32,000 nucleotides of DNA from Edaphobacter aggregans (lineage in GTDB: Bacteria; Acidobacteriota; Terriglobia; Terriglobales; Acidobacteriaceae): NCBI RefSeq assembly GCF_003945235.1, contig NZ_RSDW01000001.1, positions 5,040,001-5,072,000 of the forward strand, given 5' to 3'. Position 1 is the first letter of the stretch. Each line of letters starts with the position of its first letter. A program made the position numbers and the translations under genes. Under the pieces are notes generated by a model that did no database searches, was not told the DNA's origin, and saw nothing but the letters and a program-made list of their open reading frames with translations. Of the stretch, positions 1 through 8,710 are shown piece after piece.

Positions 1-558
1 TTTCGATTGCCTTTAGGTCCTTTCGTCAATCAACACCACGACGCATATGCTGTGTTGGGCGCCGAAGCTGATCAACTGTGGAACAGGATGGCCGAGACCC
101 CCACCTTCGCCGAGCGAGTCAAGGTTGCAGAGGCATATCTGCTCCAGAAGGCATTGAACGCTGAACGAAATACCTCAATCATGAATGCGGCGCGTTATAT
201 GTTCAGAGCGAAGGGTGCGGTGCGGTTGAATGAGGTTGCGAGTCAGCTGTCCCTGGGACTTCGGCAGTTCGAACGCAATTTCCTCGGTGAAATTGGTCTG
301 AGCCCGAAGCTATATTCGCGAGTAGCGCGATTCCAGGCTGCGCTTGATACGAGAATCCATCGGCAGGATACCCGCTGGGCCCACCTCGCGAATGAGTTTG
401 GATACCACGATCAGATGCACATGATCAAAGACTTTCAAAAACTCAGCGGGTTGACTCCAGAACGCCTTCTCTCGCTGATCGGCGACATGCGTCCTCCAGC
501 GCTGACCGACACGGTTGGTGAAAGTCAAAGCCTGACTCGATTAAGGCCAAGGCAATGA
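1..558 (+). CDS. AraC/XylS-family transcriptional regulator, C-terminal part (5' end lies outside the window)
   Basis: The frame is open from base 1. The translation shows the AraC double-HTH pattern (LNEVASQLSLGLRQFERNFLGEIGLSPKLYSRVARFQAAL ... FGYHDQMHMIKDFQKLSGLTPERL). Stop TGA at 556-558. Confidence 0.8.
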   Translation, partial: FRLPLGPFVNQHHDAYAVLGAEADQLWNRMAETPTFAERVKVAEAYLLQKALNAERNTSIMNAARYMFRAKGAVRLNEVASQLSLGLRQFERNFLGEIGLSPKLYSRVARFQAALDTRIHRQDTRWAHLANEFGYHDQMHMIKDFQKLSGLTPERLLSLIGDMRPPALTDTVGESQSLTRLRPRQ

Positions 559-633
559 CTATCATCGCCTTATCACTCATTGACCGGGACTTACGCCCAG
601 ACCGAGCATTTATCTTTCGTTGGCGCAAGACTT

Positions 634-804
634 TTAGGTGTTTGATGCTGCTCTCGTGTCTCGATCGCGGCGAATTACGGGCTGATGCGTCGTCGGGGCG
701 ACGTTGTAGTCCCACGGAGCCAGGATAACGTCATCGCCATGCACGACGCGGAACGATTCAGCGATCTTCTGTTTGTCAGAGCGTCGGTAGTAGCGGCCAC
801 ACAT
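634..804 (-). pseudogene. SRAP (SOS-response-associated peptidase, YedK/HMCES family) N-terminal fragment, codons 1 to about 50
   Basis: Minus-strand reading from ATG 804-802 gives MCGRYYRRSDKQKIAESFRVVHGDDVILAPWDYNVAPTTHQPVIRRDRDT, then unrelated residues and TAA at 636-634. The intact copy at 29596-30390 starts MCGRYYRRSDKQKIAEAFHIAHDDDVILPPWDYNVAPTTHQPVIRHNRDT. The fragment is below the ORF-track length cutoff. Confidence 0.75.
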
Positions 805-898
805 GAATTATTTAGTGAAATCCGTCCGTAGAATTTGCAGCCTCTGATATACGAGGCTACTCCTCCGGCCAGCCTTCGATGGTCTCGACTGTAGTGTG
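655..898. repeat. Degenerate direct-repeat copy of the right-end module (SRAP 5' end, its upstream region and the last 14 codons of the 178-aa gene)
   Basis: By eye, 655-846 aligns with 30240-30431 at about 90% identity. Exact runs are 758-806 = 30344-30392 (49 nt) and 680-708 = 30266-30294 (29 nt). 857-898 aligns with 30851-30892 and reads TTVETIEGWPEE* against AAVETIEGLLEN*. The right-copy segment 30432-30850 is replaced by 10 nt (847-856) here. Confidence 0.8.
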
Positions 899-908
899 GC
901 ACTGAAGA

Positions 909-2108
909 TCAGGGCAGGAGTAGCCCGGCGGCCGTGCCTGGGAAGGCGCGAATCCATTGGCCGAAGAATGGATCTTCGAACCGAAGCCTCATCCCCCCCT
1001 CGTGCTCCTCTTCGCGGACAACGTCCTTCTCGATCAGAGCGCTGACCGATCTCTGGACGGTCGACGCACCTTTGCCGATGAACTGTGAGACCTTTTGTGA
1101 CTGTAAACGCGCACCTTGTTCGTTGATGATGGCAAGCAAGGTCTTCTGCTGAATGGCGGTGAGGGCTGCCCAGATCTGGGTATAAAACGGATCGTACTGC
1201 CTGGCAATGAGCAACATCGAACTGGTCACAACTTCGGTCGTCAGGGCCACGCTCTCGGAGGACGATCTGCCCCGCAATTGGTCCCAACACGTGTGAGCCA
1301 AAAGCTGGACGTTGTAAGGAACATCCTCGGCAAATTGGAGGATGCTGGTAATCGCTGCGGGATCGTCAACCGCGAACCCACTTCGCCGGAACTTATCTGT
1401 CAGGAACTTCTCAAAATCAATTCGCGGAATCGGGCCAATAAACCGGATCGTTCCGAGGCGATAGAAGGGCCTCGTGGCGTCCATCGTCATGTCGGTGAGC
1501 ATCCGGGTCTTGGAGCCCGCGAAGACATATCCGACATGCTTGTGGCGTTGGATAGCGGCCCTTATCTGGGACTCAGCCTGTCGGCCGCCGATCTCAATGA
1601 GGCGCTGGAATTCGTCGATGATGAGCCCAACGGCGCGTGTCTTGGGTTGTTCGCTTGCGAGTGCTTCCAGGCCATTCAAAGCCTCGATCAGGAGACTGAC
1701 ATGTTCTTCGCTCCTGGAGGCGACGTTCACCCCCAACTTTGCGGTCCAGGCATCCTGCGTGACGCTGAAACTGAGCTCAGGCCGGAGCTTTGAGAAGAAC
1801 TTTGTGATCTGCTCACCCACCCGTTCCACCTTTCCTTTGAGGTTCTTCGCGGCGGCAGCGATCAGTGCGGCGACCAGCAGGTCGAGAGACGGGAAGCTCT
1901 CCGCGTCGAACCTGAGGATGACGGCATTCTTGCCGGCGAGCCGGTCTTCCGCAGTCTTCAGGATGGAGGTCTTGCCGTATCTGCGGGGCCCGATGAGAAA
2001 CAGCTTGGCTCCCTAGCGGATGGTGTCGATGACGGCGGCGACCTCATCCTGCCGGTCTACCAACTCGTTGGTGCCAAGCTCACGGCCAAACTCAAAAGGA
2101 TTATCCAT
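909..2108 (-). pseudogene. AAA ATPase of the Arch_ATPase/ATP-binding-protein type with C-terminal winged-HTH, interrupted by an in-frame TAG
   Basis: Reading from ATG 2108 gives MDNPFEFGRELGTNELVDRQDEVAAVIDTIR-TAG(2015-2013)-GAKLFLIGPRRYGKTSILKTAE. This is in frame with the 306-aa track ORF 909-1829. Walker A is GPRRYGKTS, Walker B is GLIIDEFQRL, and the C-terminus is wHTH-like (GASTVQRSVSALIEKDVV). No start codon lies between the TAG and Walker A. Confidence 0.75.
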
Positions 2109-2141
2109 CACGCAGAGTTGTATCACGCATAGATGCGTGAT
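2107..2141. promoter_or_regulatory. Operator-like triple half-site (ATCACGCA) in the divergent ATPase / DUF932 intergenic region
   Basis: atcacgcat(2122-2130)-ag-atgcgtgat(2133-2141) is a 9-bp perfect inverted repeat. A third direct half-site, atcacgca, lies at 2107-2114 and overlaps the ATPase start codon. Confidence 0.4.
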
Positions 2142-2255
2142 GCAAGTCGGCATGGAAGACTTTCAGAGTCCCTAACTTCCATTTTCTCGTAACCGGCCAG
2201 CCCCATTCCGGGCTGGCTTTTCCATTTGTGCTTCACCTACCAAGGAGAACTCCTC

Positions 2256-3356
2256 ATGCTTCTGACCATGGAATCTAAAACCGCCGCACATCATAAGTTG
2301 GAGACGTTGATCGCCAAGGGCCGCGAAACTGCCGGAACAGTGATCGACCACGTCATGAAGAATCAACCGACTGATCGCCTTGCTCGCGCTTCAGGCTTTC
2401 AGTTTCAAGCCGACCCTGAGACTACCGCGATCACCGTTACCTATCCTGCCGGCGCTGCCAGCGCAGAGAGATTGAACCAGCGGCTTCATCGCAACGCGCT
2501 CGTCCAGATGGCCCACACCAGCGACCTCCCGCTGAAATTTATCGACAGCCTGCAGGGCACCGCGGTCCCGTGGGGCCGTGAGCTGCTCGCACACAATCTG
2601 AACACCGTCTTCGCGAACCGCAACCCGAAGGCGCGATATCTGTTGCGCTCCCTAGGCGGTGAACTCCGGGGCTTCCTTTCTGATCGCTACCGCAGGCTTG
2701 ATTCTCGTCCCATCATCGAGGCATTCGCTACTGCAGTTCAGCGTAAAGGAGCATTGCCCTACGATGGCTACGTCACCGATACCAAGGTGGCGATCCAGTC
2801 CATCATGCCGGAGGTCTACGAACCGGTGCCGGGCGAGATGGTCGCCTACGGATTGAGCCTCGAAAACTCCGACTTCGGCAATGGAGCACTCTCCATTCGG
2901 GCTTACCTCCTTCGGATCTGGTGCGCGAACCTTGCTATCACGCAGGAGGAGATGCGACAGGTGCACTTGGGGAAGCGGCTGGATGATTCAACACTCTATT
3001 CGAATCGGACGTACGAGCTCGATGCGAAGACCACGGTGAGCGCCCTTCGCGACGTTATCGACGGGCATCTGGACGCGGAGTCGCTTAAACGCAGGATGGA
3101 GGCCATCCGTCACGCGAATGACCAGGTCGTGGGCACGGAGAAAGCCAAAGAGACTTTCCGGAAGCTATTGCAGAAGGGTGAGTCGGAAGCTGCGTCCCAG
3201 GCGTTCGACTCGCCTGATACCTATAACCTGCCAGCCGGCAATACCAACTGGCGGCTCTCTAACGCGATCTCCTGGATCGCCGGCCAGACCAAGGATGTGG
3301 AGCGGAAGCTGGACCTCATGAAGATCGCCGGCGAGGTTCTGCCGAAGGTCGCCTAA
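2256..3356 (+). CDS. DUF932-family protein (plasmid/ICE-associated)
   Basis: AAGGAG at 2241-2246 precedes ATG 2256, so the track start at TTG 2226 is less likely. DUF932-like motifs are present: LRGFLSDRYRRLDSRPIIEAF and GLSLENSDFGNGALSIRAYLLRIWCANL. Stop TAA at 3354-3356. Confidence 0.7.
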   Translation: MLLTMESKTAAHHKLETLIAKGRETAGTVIDHVMKNQPTDRLARASGFQFQADPETTAITVTYPAGAASAERLNQRLHRNALVQMAHTSDLPLKFIDSLQGTAVPWGRELLAHNLNTVFANRNPKARYLLRSLGGELRGFLSDRYRRLDSRPIIEAFATAVQRKGALPYDGYVTDTKVAIQSIMPEVYEPVPGEMVAYGLSLENSDFGNGALSIRAYLLRIWCANLAITQEEMRQVHLGKRLDDSTLYSNRTYELDAKTTVSALRDVIDGHLDAESLKRRMEAIRHANDQVVGTEKAKETFRKLLQKGESEAASQAFDSPDTYNLPAGNTNWRLSNAISWIAGQTKDVERKLDLMKIAGEVLPKVA

Positions 3357-3364
3357 ACCAAACG

Positions 3365-3390
3365 GGTGGATGTGGGGCTCAACATCCACC
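3365..3390 (+). terminator. Hairpin immediately after the DUF932 stop
   Basis: ggtggatgt(3365-3373) pairs perfectly with acatccacc(3382-3390) around an 8-nt loop. No U-tract follows, so the terminator role is tentative. Confidence 0.35.
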
Positions 3391-3478
3391 TGCACCTATA
3401 CTAAGGTGACACCATGATCTTCCGGAAAGCGCTTTTAGCCACTTTAGTCTTCAACGTTTTTTCATCGCCGGATGTCAT

Positions 3479-4048
3479 GTGCAGTCGTCGACTGAGGGGT
3501 CTTCAGAGCCAGGCCTCGAGATTCATTACGCTCCAAACGAGAACCTGGGGGCCTTGGATAATCGGCTCATCCGATCCGCACATCGTTCCGTCGACATCTG
3601 CGCTTTTGCTTTCACCGACCATGAACTAGCAGAGGCACTCATTGCCGTCGCGGCGCGAGGTGTTAAAGTGCGACTCTATCTGGATCAGGGCCAGACACAT
3701 GGAGAACTGACCCGCGAGGAGCGCGGAGGCAGAAGATCCCAAGCTGGTGGCACTGAGGTTGATGGGGCCGGCCAGATGGATGCTGGAGTAATGCAACGCT
3801 TGTCGGCAACGCCCAACATTGAAATTCGTATCAAGCACTCACGTACCCTTATGCACCTTAAGTCCTATTCGATCGATGGAATGGCGCTTAGTTCAGGATC
3901 AGCGAATTTCTCTCCCACAGGAGAAAAGTGGCAGGACAACGATTTATTGCTGCCACGAGATCGCGGTTCGGTGGAACGGTTCAAGTTGAACTTCGAACAA
4001 CTATGGGCTCGCGTGAACAACGAGACCCTTACTCCAAATTCCTTCTAA
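3479..4048 (+). CDS. Phospholipase D-fold (HKD) Nuc-like endonuclease; the N-terminal lipoprotein leader lies in another frame (3414-3462)
   Basis: HKD motif HLKSYSID (HxKxxxxD) followed by GSANFS (GSxN). The size and motif layout match Nuc-type PLD nucleases. The only in-frame start is GTG 3479. See the frameshift finding. Confidence 0.8.
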   Translation: MQSSTEGSSEPGLEIHYAPNENLGALDNRLIRSAHRSVDICAFAFTDHELAEALIAVAARGVKVRLYLDQGQTHGELTREERGGRRSQAGGTEVDGAGQMDAGVMQRLSATPNIEIRIKHSRTLMHLKSYSIDGMALSSGSANFSPTGEKWQDNDLLLPRDRGSVERFKLNFEQLWARVNNETLTPNSF

Positions 4049-4148
4049 ACTTCCACATCGCCTCCGATTGGTATCTGCGCATCTGCTAGGAATTCATGTT
4101 AGATCCTAGAGTCGCGTCTCCAGAAGCAGCTTTCAGCCGCGGCCAACG

Positions 4149-4337
4149 TTAACGACCGGCAGTTGCAGCAGCCTGCTCGATCCAATCGCCCAAATTCTCA
4201 CGTCCGTCATCGCTTTGCCAGTCATAGATCGGGAAGAGACAAGCAAACGAGTGATATGTCATGCCCCTGAGATCATAAGCAGTCTTGTCGATGGGCATTG
4301 ATCCAACGTCTCGCGCGTACTGCCAACCGGTCGTCAT
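4149..4337 (-). CDS. Hypothetical 62-aa protein
   Basis: ORF only; I recognise no motif. The tandem repeat at 4343-4378 lies just upstream. Confidence 0.25.
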   Translation of the reverse strand: MTTGWQYARDVGSMPIDKTAYDLRGMTYHSFACLFPIYDWQSDDGRENLGDWIEQAAATAGR

Positions 4338-4342
4338 ATATT

Positions 4343-4378
4343 CCTTGAATCGAACACGTATCCCTTGAATCGAACACG
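4343..4378. repeat. Tandem direct repeat: 16-bp unit ccttgaatcgaacacg, two copies, 20-bp period
   Basis: 4343-4358 and 4363-4378 are identical. They lie between the divergent small ORFs 4149-4337(-) and 4365/4392-4607(+). Confidence 0.6.
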
Positions 4379-4706
4379 GTCATCGTCCACCATGAACGCC
4401 AGGTTATCGAAAGGATTCGCTCCGGCTGGCGTTGGAGCACTATTAGGAGTGGCGATGCTGTTGATCCGCACAGCCAGCAGGCCATTTCCCCTCTATGCGG
4501 AGCGGAACGACGATCTACGTTATGGAGATGGACGACTGGAATATGGGAGTGGAACCGCGACGACCGTGCGTGCGGATGGCCGCCCGGATTTGGGGTACTT
4601 TACGTAACCCCGAAGCCGATATCTCCCAAACGTCGATAAACGGCATGGCGGCCTGGCCATCAATCTTCGAAGCGCATCGGCGCCGCGCTACCAGTTACCG
4701 GCTACA

Positions 4707-5489
4707 TCAACCCCTAATTTTTGATCTTCGATCAGTCGGCCACTCACCGGTGTGCTGCAATGTGTGCTCATCATAATTGCCAACGAACGGTGGCCTCAAC
4801 AGATCTCTCTGTAATTCAGTTGTTGCAAACTGTAGATTGTGTTTGACTAAATCGTAATTTTTCCATGCCAAACACCCTGGAGCATAACTGTAAATAAGCG
4901 CCGTCCGATCGCAGTTGGCGGTCCATTGCCGGCTGCCGTGAACCAAAGCTTCTGTGAAAATCAATAGATCTCCTGCCTGCATGCTTGGATTGATAACCAA
5001 ATGAGAATCATGATTAGGACGGTGCGCGATGTTAGCTTTGTGACTTCCCGGGATGCAAATGAACCCTCCATCCCCAGGATGAACGTCATTTAATGTGTAG
5101 CTAACTTTAAGTAGTCCATTATGCATGATCTGCCCCGGAGCCCATTGGTACCAAAATGAACGTTGATTCTGTAAGGGGCCGGCATGAAGATTTTCGTGAA
5201 TAGGCTCCTTTTTCGTCATTTTCAAACCAAAAGCATGATCGAAGCGTAACCAATCGCCAAGCATTATTTTAAGGATTCCAATAGTTCGCGGATGTGCCAT
5301 TAGCTCCATGAAAAAAGAATCTAGTTCAAAAAAAGAAAACTTCCCCGACCCTTTTGCACCGTGGCAATTCTTCAAAATTGTCAAAGCTCTATGTATATCC
5401 CTGGTTGAAAGAAAATTTCGGTAGATAATGTACCCATTCAAATCAAACTCGTAGAGATCGTCCGTCGTCATCATTGAGGGTTGCTCCAT
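4707..5489 (-). CDS. Phytanoyl-CoA dioxygenase (PhyH)-family Fe(II)/2-oxoglutarate-dependent oxygenase
   Basis: LKVSYTLNDVHPGDGGFICIPGSHK ... AGDLLIFTEALVHGS is the PhyH core pattern. The start is probably ATG 5489 (MEQPSMMTTDD); the 55 N-terminal residues of the track ORF look non-coding. Confidence 0.8.
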   Translation of the reverse strand: MEQPSMMTTDDLYEFDLNGYIIYRNFLSTRDIHRALTILKNCHGAKGSGKFSFFELDSFFMELMAHPRTIGILKIMLGDWLRFDHAFGLKMTKKEPIHENLHAGPLQNQRSFWYQWAPGQIMHNGLLKVSYTLNDVHPGDGGFICIPGSHKANIAHRPNHDSHLVINPSMQAGDLLIFTEALVHGSRQWTANCDRTALIYSYAPGCLAWKNYDLVKHNLQFATTELQRDLLRPPFVGNYDEHTLQHTGEWPTDRRSKIRG

Positions 5490-5666
5490 AAATTGGATTT
5501 CATCAAGTCGATTGAAACAGTGTTGACGCTTTGCAAAGCCTACCTTCAACGCGATTACTTGGGGTCGGCACAGCGTAAAACAACGTATCATTCTGTCCTG
5601 CAAGTTCTCTTCCTGCCGTCGAAATATCCGGATCGCAATATCGAAACGCCACAAAGGTAGGCTTGC

Positions 5667-6755
5667 CTAGCATTTGGTTGACAGCTGACGAATGTGATCG
5701 GCGATTCTGATTACGCCGTTCATCAATCCATAAGTCTCCGATCCAACTGAAGACGAGGAAAACCGAGATTCCAACAATCGTTTCATATGCTTGCCGAGAG
5801 TGTGCTCATCGATTTCGGATGCGTTCAAATGTGTATTTGTTGTTATCTGCCCGACTCGAATATCGTCGACGAAATTGACTCGGTGTGAAATTGATATCGA
5901 CGGTTTAGCAAACGCTGCAAGCTCCAACGATATTTTCCGAGTAGCCTTAGTTATTGCTAAATCGCAAGCAGATATCCATGGGTCTATGTTGCGCACAAAA
6001 TCGTTTACTATGATGTCCTGATACCCGTTGAGACGTCTCTTTAGATGTTGCGAGTCCTTTCCAGCAATCCAAAGCAATCTCTTATTGACTAGGGGTAGAG
6101 ATCGGTATGCGGGAATGACAAGATCGAATATCGGCGCTTCAGCCTCCGGGCGATCTCCGGAAAACACCAAAATTAGGGAAGTGTCGGACTCGAGGTCAAG
6201 CTGGATACGCGAGCGTTCCCGATCGTGCTGTGTGCATTTGAATTTTCTTACAAATTTTCCGGTATAAAAGACTTTATTGAGCAGGAATTGGGGCGTTTCA
6301 AAATAGCCTGGTTCGTCAATGAACACGATTTCGTCAGCATATCTGAGACATTCCATCCACAGATGATCCGGACGAAGAAAATAGTCAACGATGAAGAGAG
6401 TGGGGAGCCCGAGCATTTTTGCCGCCGGCATCGCCGCGAACTCCTCGTGAGCGATAACGAGTTGCGGCTTTAGTCTCGACAAAATTGACACTGCCCTCAA
6501 CTGAGTTGCTAAAAAAGGGTTATGGTCTGAGAAATCAAGGTCGTAGACATCACGCTCGAACTCCCGAAGTGTATCTGCTCCGGTTGAATATGAGACCCAA
6601 CGCACCTTGATATTCGGCTGTAGTTCTTCAATCGCATCCATTATCGAAATATCCGGCAAGACGTGCCCACGCCCCCGTCCTCTCGAAAAAAAAACAATTC
6701 CAAAGGAGCCTTCAGGGAACTCGTCAAGATCTTTGTTCATCGAAGAATATTTCAT
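5667..6755 (-). CDS. GT-B fold glycosyltransferase (GT1/GT28, MurG-like)
   Basis: N-terminal glycine-rich loop GIVFFSRGRGRGHVLPDISIMDAIEEL. The length (362 aa) and two-domain layout are typical of the fold. Stop TAG. Confidence 0.7.
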   Translation of the reverse strand: MKYSSMNKDLDEFPEGSFGIVFFSRGRGRGHVLPDISIMDAIEELQPNIKVRWVSYSTGADTLREFERDVYDLDFSDHNPFLATQLRAVSILSRLKPQLVIAHEEFAAMPAAKMLGLPTLFIVDYFLRPDHLWMECLRYADEIVFIDEPGYFETPQFLLNKVFYTGKFVRKFKCTQHDRERSRIQLDLESDTSLILVFSGDRPEAEAPIFDLVIPAYRSLPLVNKRLLWIAGKDSQHLKRRLNGYQDIIVNDFVRNIDPWISACDLAITKATRKISLELAAFAKPSISISHRVNFVDDIRVGQITTNTHLNASEIDEHTLGKHMKRLLESRFSSSSVGSETYGLMNGVIRIADHIRQLSTKC

Positions 6756-6820
6756 CCAGATGCCATAGGCTTGAGTTAACTTAGTCTAATCCTCATCGAA
6801 TGTCATTCTGTATTTCGTTG

Positions 6821-7747
6821 CTATTGTTCATTGCGTGCCCAGAAATAATCCGTCACGCTCTTGTGAAGGTTTGGCTTATGGCTGTTCCATTTCCAACAGC
6901 CACCTTTATCGAGGGTTATGTCATTTTGAGGATCAAAGTTGGCGTCCCTTAGTATTAAATGTCGCGACGTATGTTGTCGATCCGCCTTTGCTCCGTGCCA
7001 CCAATGAAACACTGTCCCTTCTACATAGCCAACTCTGCTCTTAACGTCCGCCCTAAAAGCATTTCTCCAAAGCACATAGTCCTCAATTTGAAAGGGCGTA
7101 CAAAATTGTCCTAACCAACTTCGCATTTGTGGGCAATCAATGTCATTGTAGGGGGCGGAGGCGTTCGCTAAGTCTCCGCCACCTACGATAAAGCGATCGT
7201 AAAGACCATGAATTTCAATTAATTCACGGCGCATGCCCCAAGCGAATCCTGGGTGACCATTTGGAACAGAACCGCGGGTTGCCGCATCTTGAGTAAACGC
7301 AAATCCATGCTTAATTGCTTGAAATTGACTACCCGTGCTAGATGTTGGAAGCGACCCGATGTTTGGCGGGAGCCACCAGGCAACGTCATATGGCTGGACC
7401 ATCATAAAACTGTCCAACAGACTTGTGGTCTTGGAAACCCAATTATTGTTCCCAAACGCAATATCACCGTCGAGCCATACCAATTTGTCGCAGGACGACG
7501 GTAAATGTTGCGCTCCAATGTTTAGAAGCCTTTCCTTTTGCCACAACACGCAATCTGAGCGAACGCGAATAAGCTTTTCCGCGAGGTCATCACCAAGAAC
7601 AAACGGATCCTCATTGAAAGCCAACTCGACGATCAGTAAGTTCAAGCCTTGGTTTCGAACCCCATGAGCAAATTGCCTAAAATTCTGAACCTTGGCCGGA
7701 TAATGGACAGGATTAAAATATGACGCGACGCCCCATAAGTCTCCCAT
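6821..7747 (-). CDS. Putative nucleotide-diphospho-sugar transferase (GT-A-like)
   Basis: VWLDGDIAF is a DxD-type motif. LWQKERLLNIG and HWWHGAKADRQH resemble an uncharacterised glycosyltransferase-like family. This is a by-eye assignment only. Confidence 0.5.
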   Translation of the reverse strand: MGDLWGVASYFNPVHYPAKVQNFRQFAHGVRNQGLNLLIVELAFNEDPFVLGDDLAEKLIRVRSDCVLWQKERLLNIGAQHLPSSCDKLVWLDGDIAFGNNNWVSKTTSLLDSFMMVQPYDVAWWLPPNIGSLPTSSTGSQFQAIKHGFAFTQDAATRGSVPNGHPGFAWGMRRELIEIHGLYDRFIVGGGDLANASAPYNDIDCPQMRSWLGQFCTPFQIEDYVLWRNAFRADVKSRVGYVEGTVFHWWHGAKADRQHTSRHLILRDANFDPQNDITLDKGGCWKWNSHKPNLHKSVTDYFWARNEQ

Positions 7748-8130
7748 TGTTATTTCGTAATATTCGACAATCGAATAATTTCTCCTTTCTGTAAAGCTTC
7801 ACTTGCCGAGAGGCAGCCGGTCGTAGAGCTTCCTCTTTCGCAAGTCGTAGCTATCCGCCAAGCCGTCGCGACACCAACCCATCATGTTTTCTCACTCTTT
7901 GAGTGGGCAAGAGTGTAGCATGAATTCGTCTTGATGTATCCCGTAGCGCTTAACATTTCTAACGTGTCGGCTAATCTCCTAACCACAGGTCACCGATGAA
8001 GTTTGTGTGGGAGCGCCGGCTTGCGGATTGGGATGCCTGCGGTTAGAATTTCGCGACGCGCTGACAACGGTCACGTGGATTGTTAATAAGAATTAGCTCG
8101 ATATGTCGATTCTGACGGGGGAAGAATCAG

Positions 8131-8673
8131 GTGAAATATTTCAAAAACATCGCTTGTCCAGAAATTTGCGCGACTTCATCGATGCTCCTCGAAGAATTAT
8201 CGAATAATGATCGATTGTGGTTCGAAGATCAGAGCCGTCAGAAGCGAGTTCAGGTGCAGCGGCACACCCAATCCATACCTCTGCGTGCAGTCGCGAGACG
8301 GGTCAACGACCAGCGCGCCACCGAAGACATCCACGAGTCATGCGTCACGCCATATGCCGCTCTGTTTCCTGTAACCATGACATTTTTGGATCACATGGCA
8401 CATCATCTGAATGGATCGCTAGAGCGTGCGCTTTACGTACGCCTTCTTCCGTGGTCGCTCGTCTATCCACATATCGATCATGGCGCATATTACGCAGTCA
8501 GAGATCGTTACCATTTTGTCATTGTGAGCCCTGCTGGGTCCTACCTGAAATCCGGAGACGAAGAGGTCGTGATGCGGCCCGGGGAGCTATGGTGGTTTGA
8601 CAATAAAGCGTTACATGAAAGTGCGAACCGATCGGAAGAATGGAGAGTTCATCTTATTTTTGATATCTTTTGA
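8131..8673 (+). CDS. Aspartyl/asparaginyl beta-hydroxylase-family cupin oxygenase
   Basis: YPHIDHGAYYAVRDRYHFVI ... GELWWFDNKALHESANRSEEWRVHLIFD matches the family pattern. GTG start; an alternative ATG lies at 8182. Confidence 0.7.
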   Translation: MKYFKNIACPEICATSSMLLEELSNNDRLWFEDQSRQKRVQVQRHTQSIPLRAVARRVNDQRATEDIHESCVTPYAALFPVTMTFLDHMAHHLNGSLERALYVRLLPWSLVYPHIDHGAYYAVRDRYHFVIVSPAGSYLKSGDEEVVMRPGELWWFDNKALHESANRSEEWRVHLIFDIF

Positions 8674-8710
8674 GGCGGTTTGTTTAATATGTTCTGCTTA
8701 GGGGTGCGGA

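Noticed and set aside
1116-2016. Plus-strand ORFs of 225 and 180 aa overlapping the ATPase gene
   Set aside because: They lie antisense to a gene with clear Walker A/B motifs and have no motifs of their own. They are shadow ORFs.
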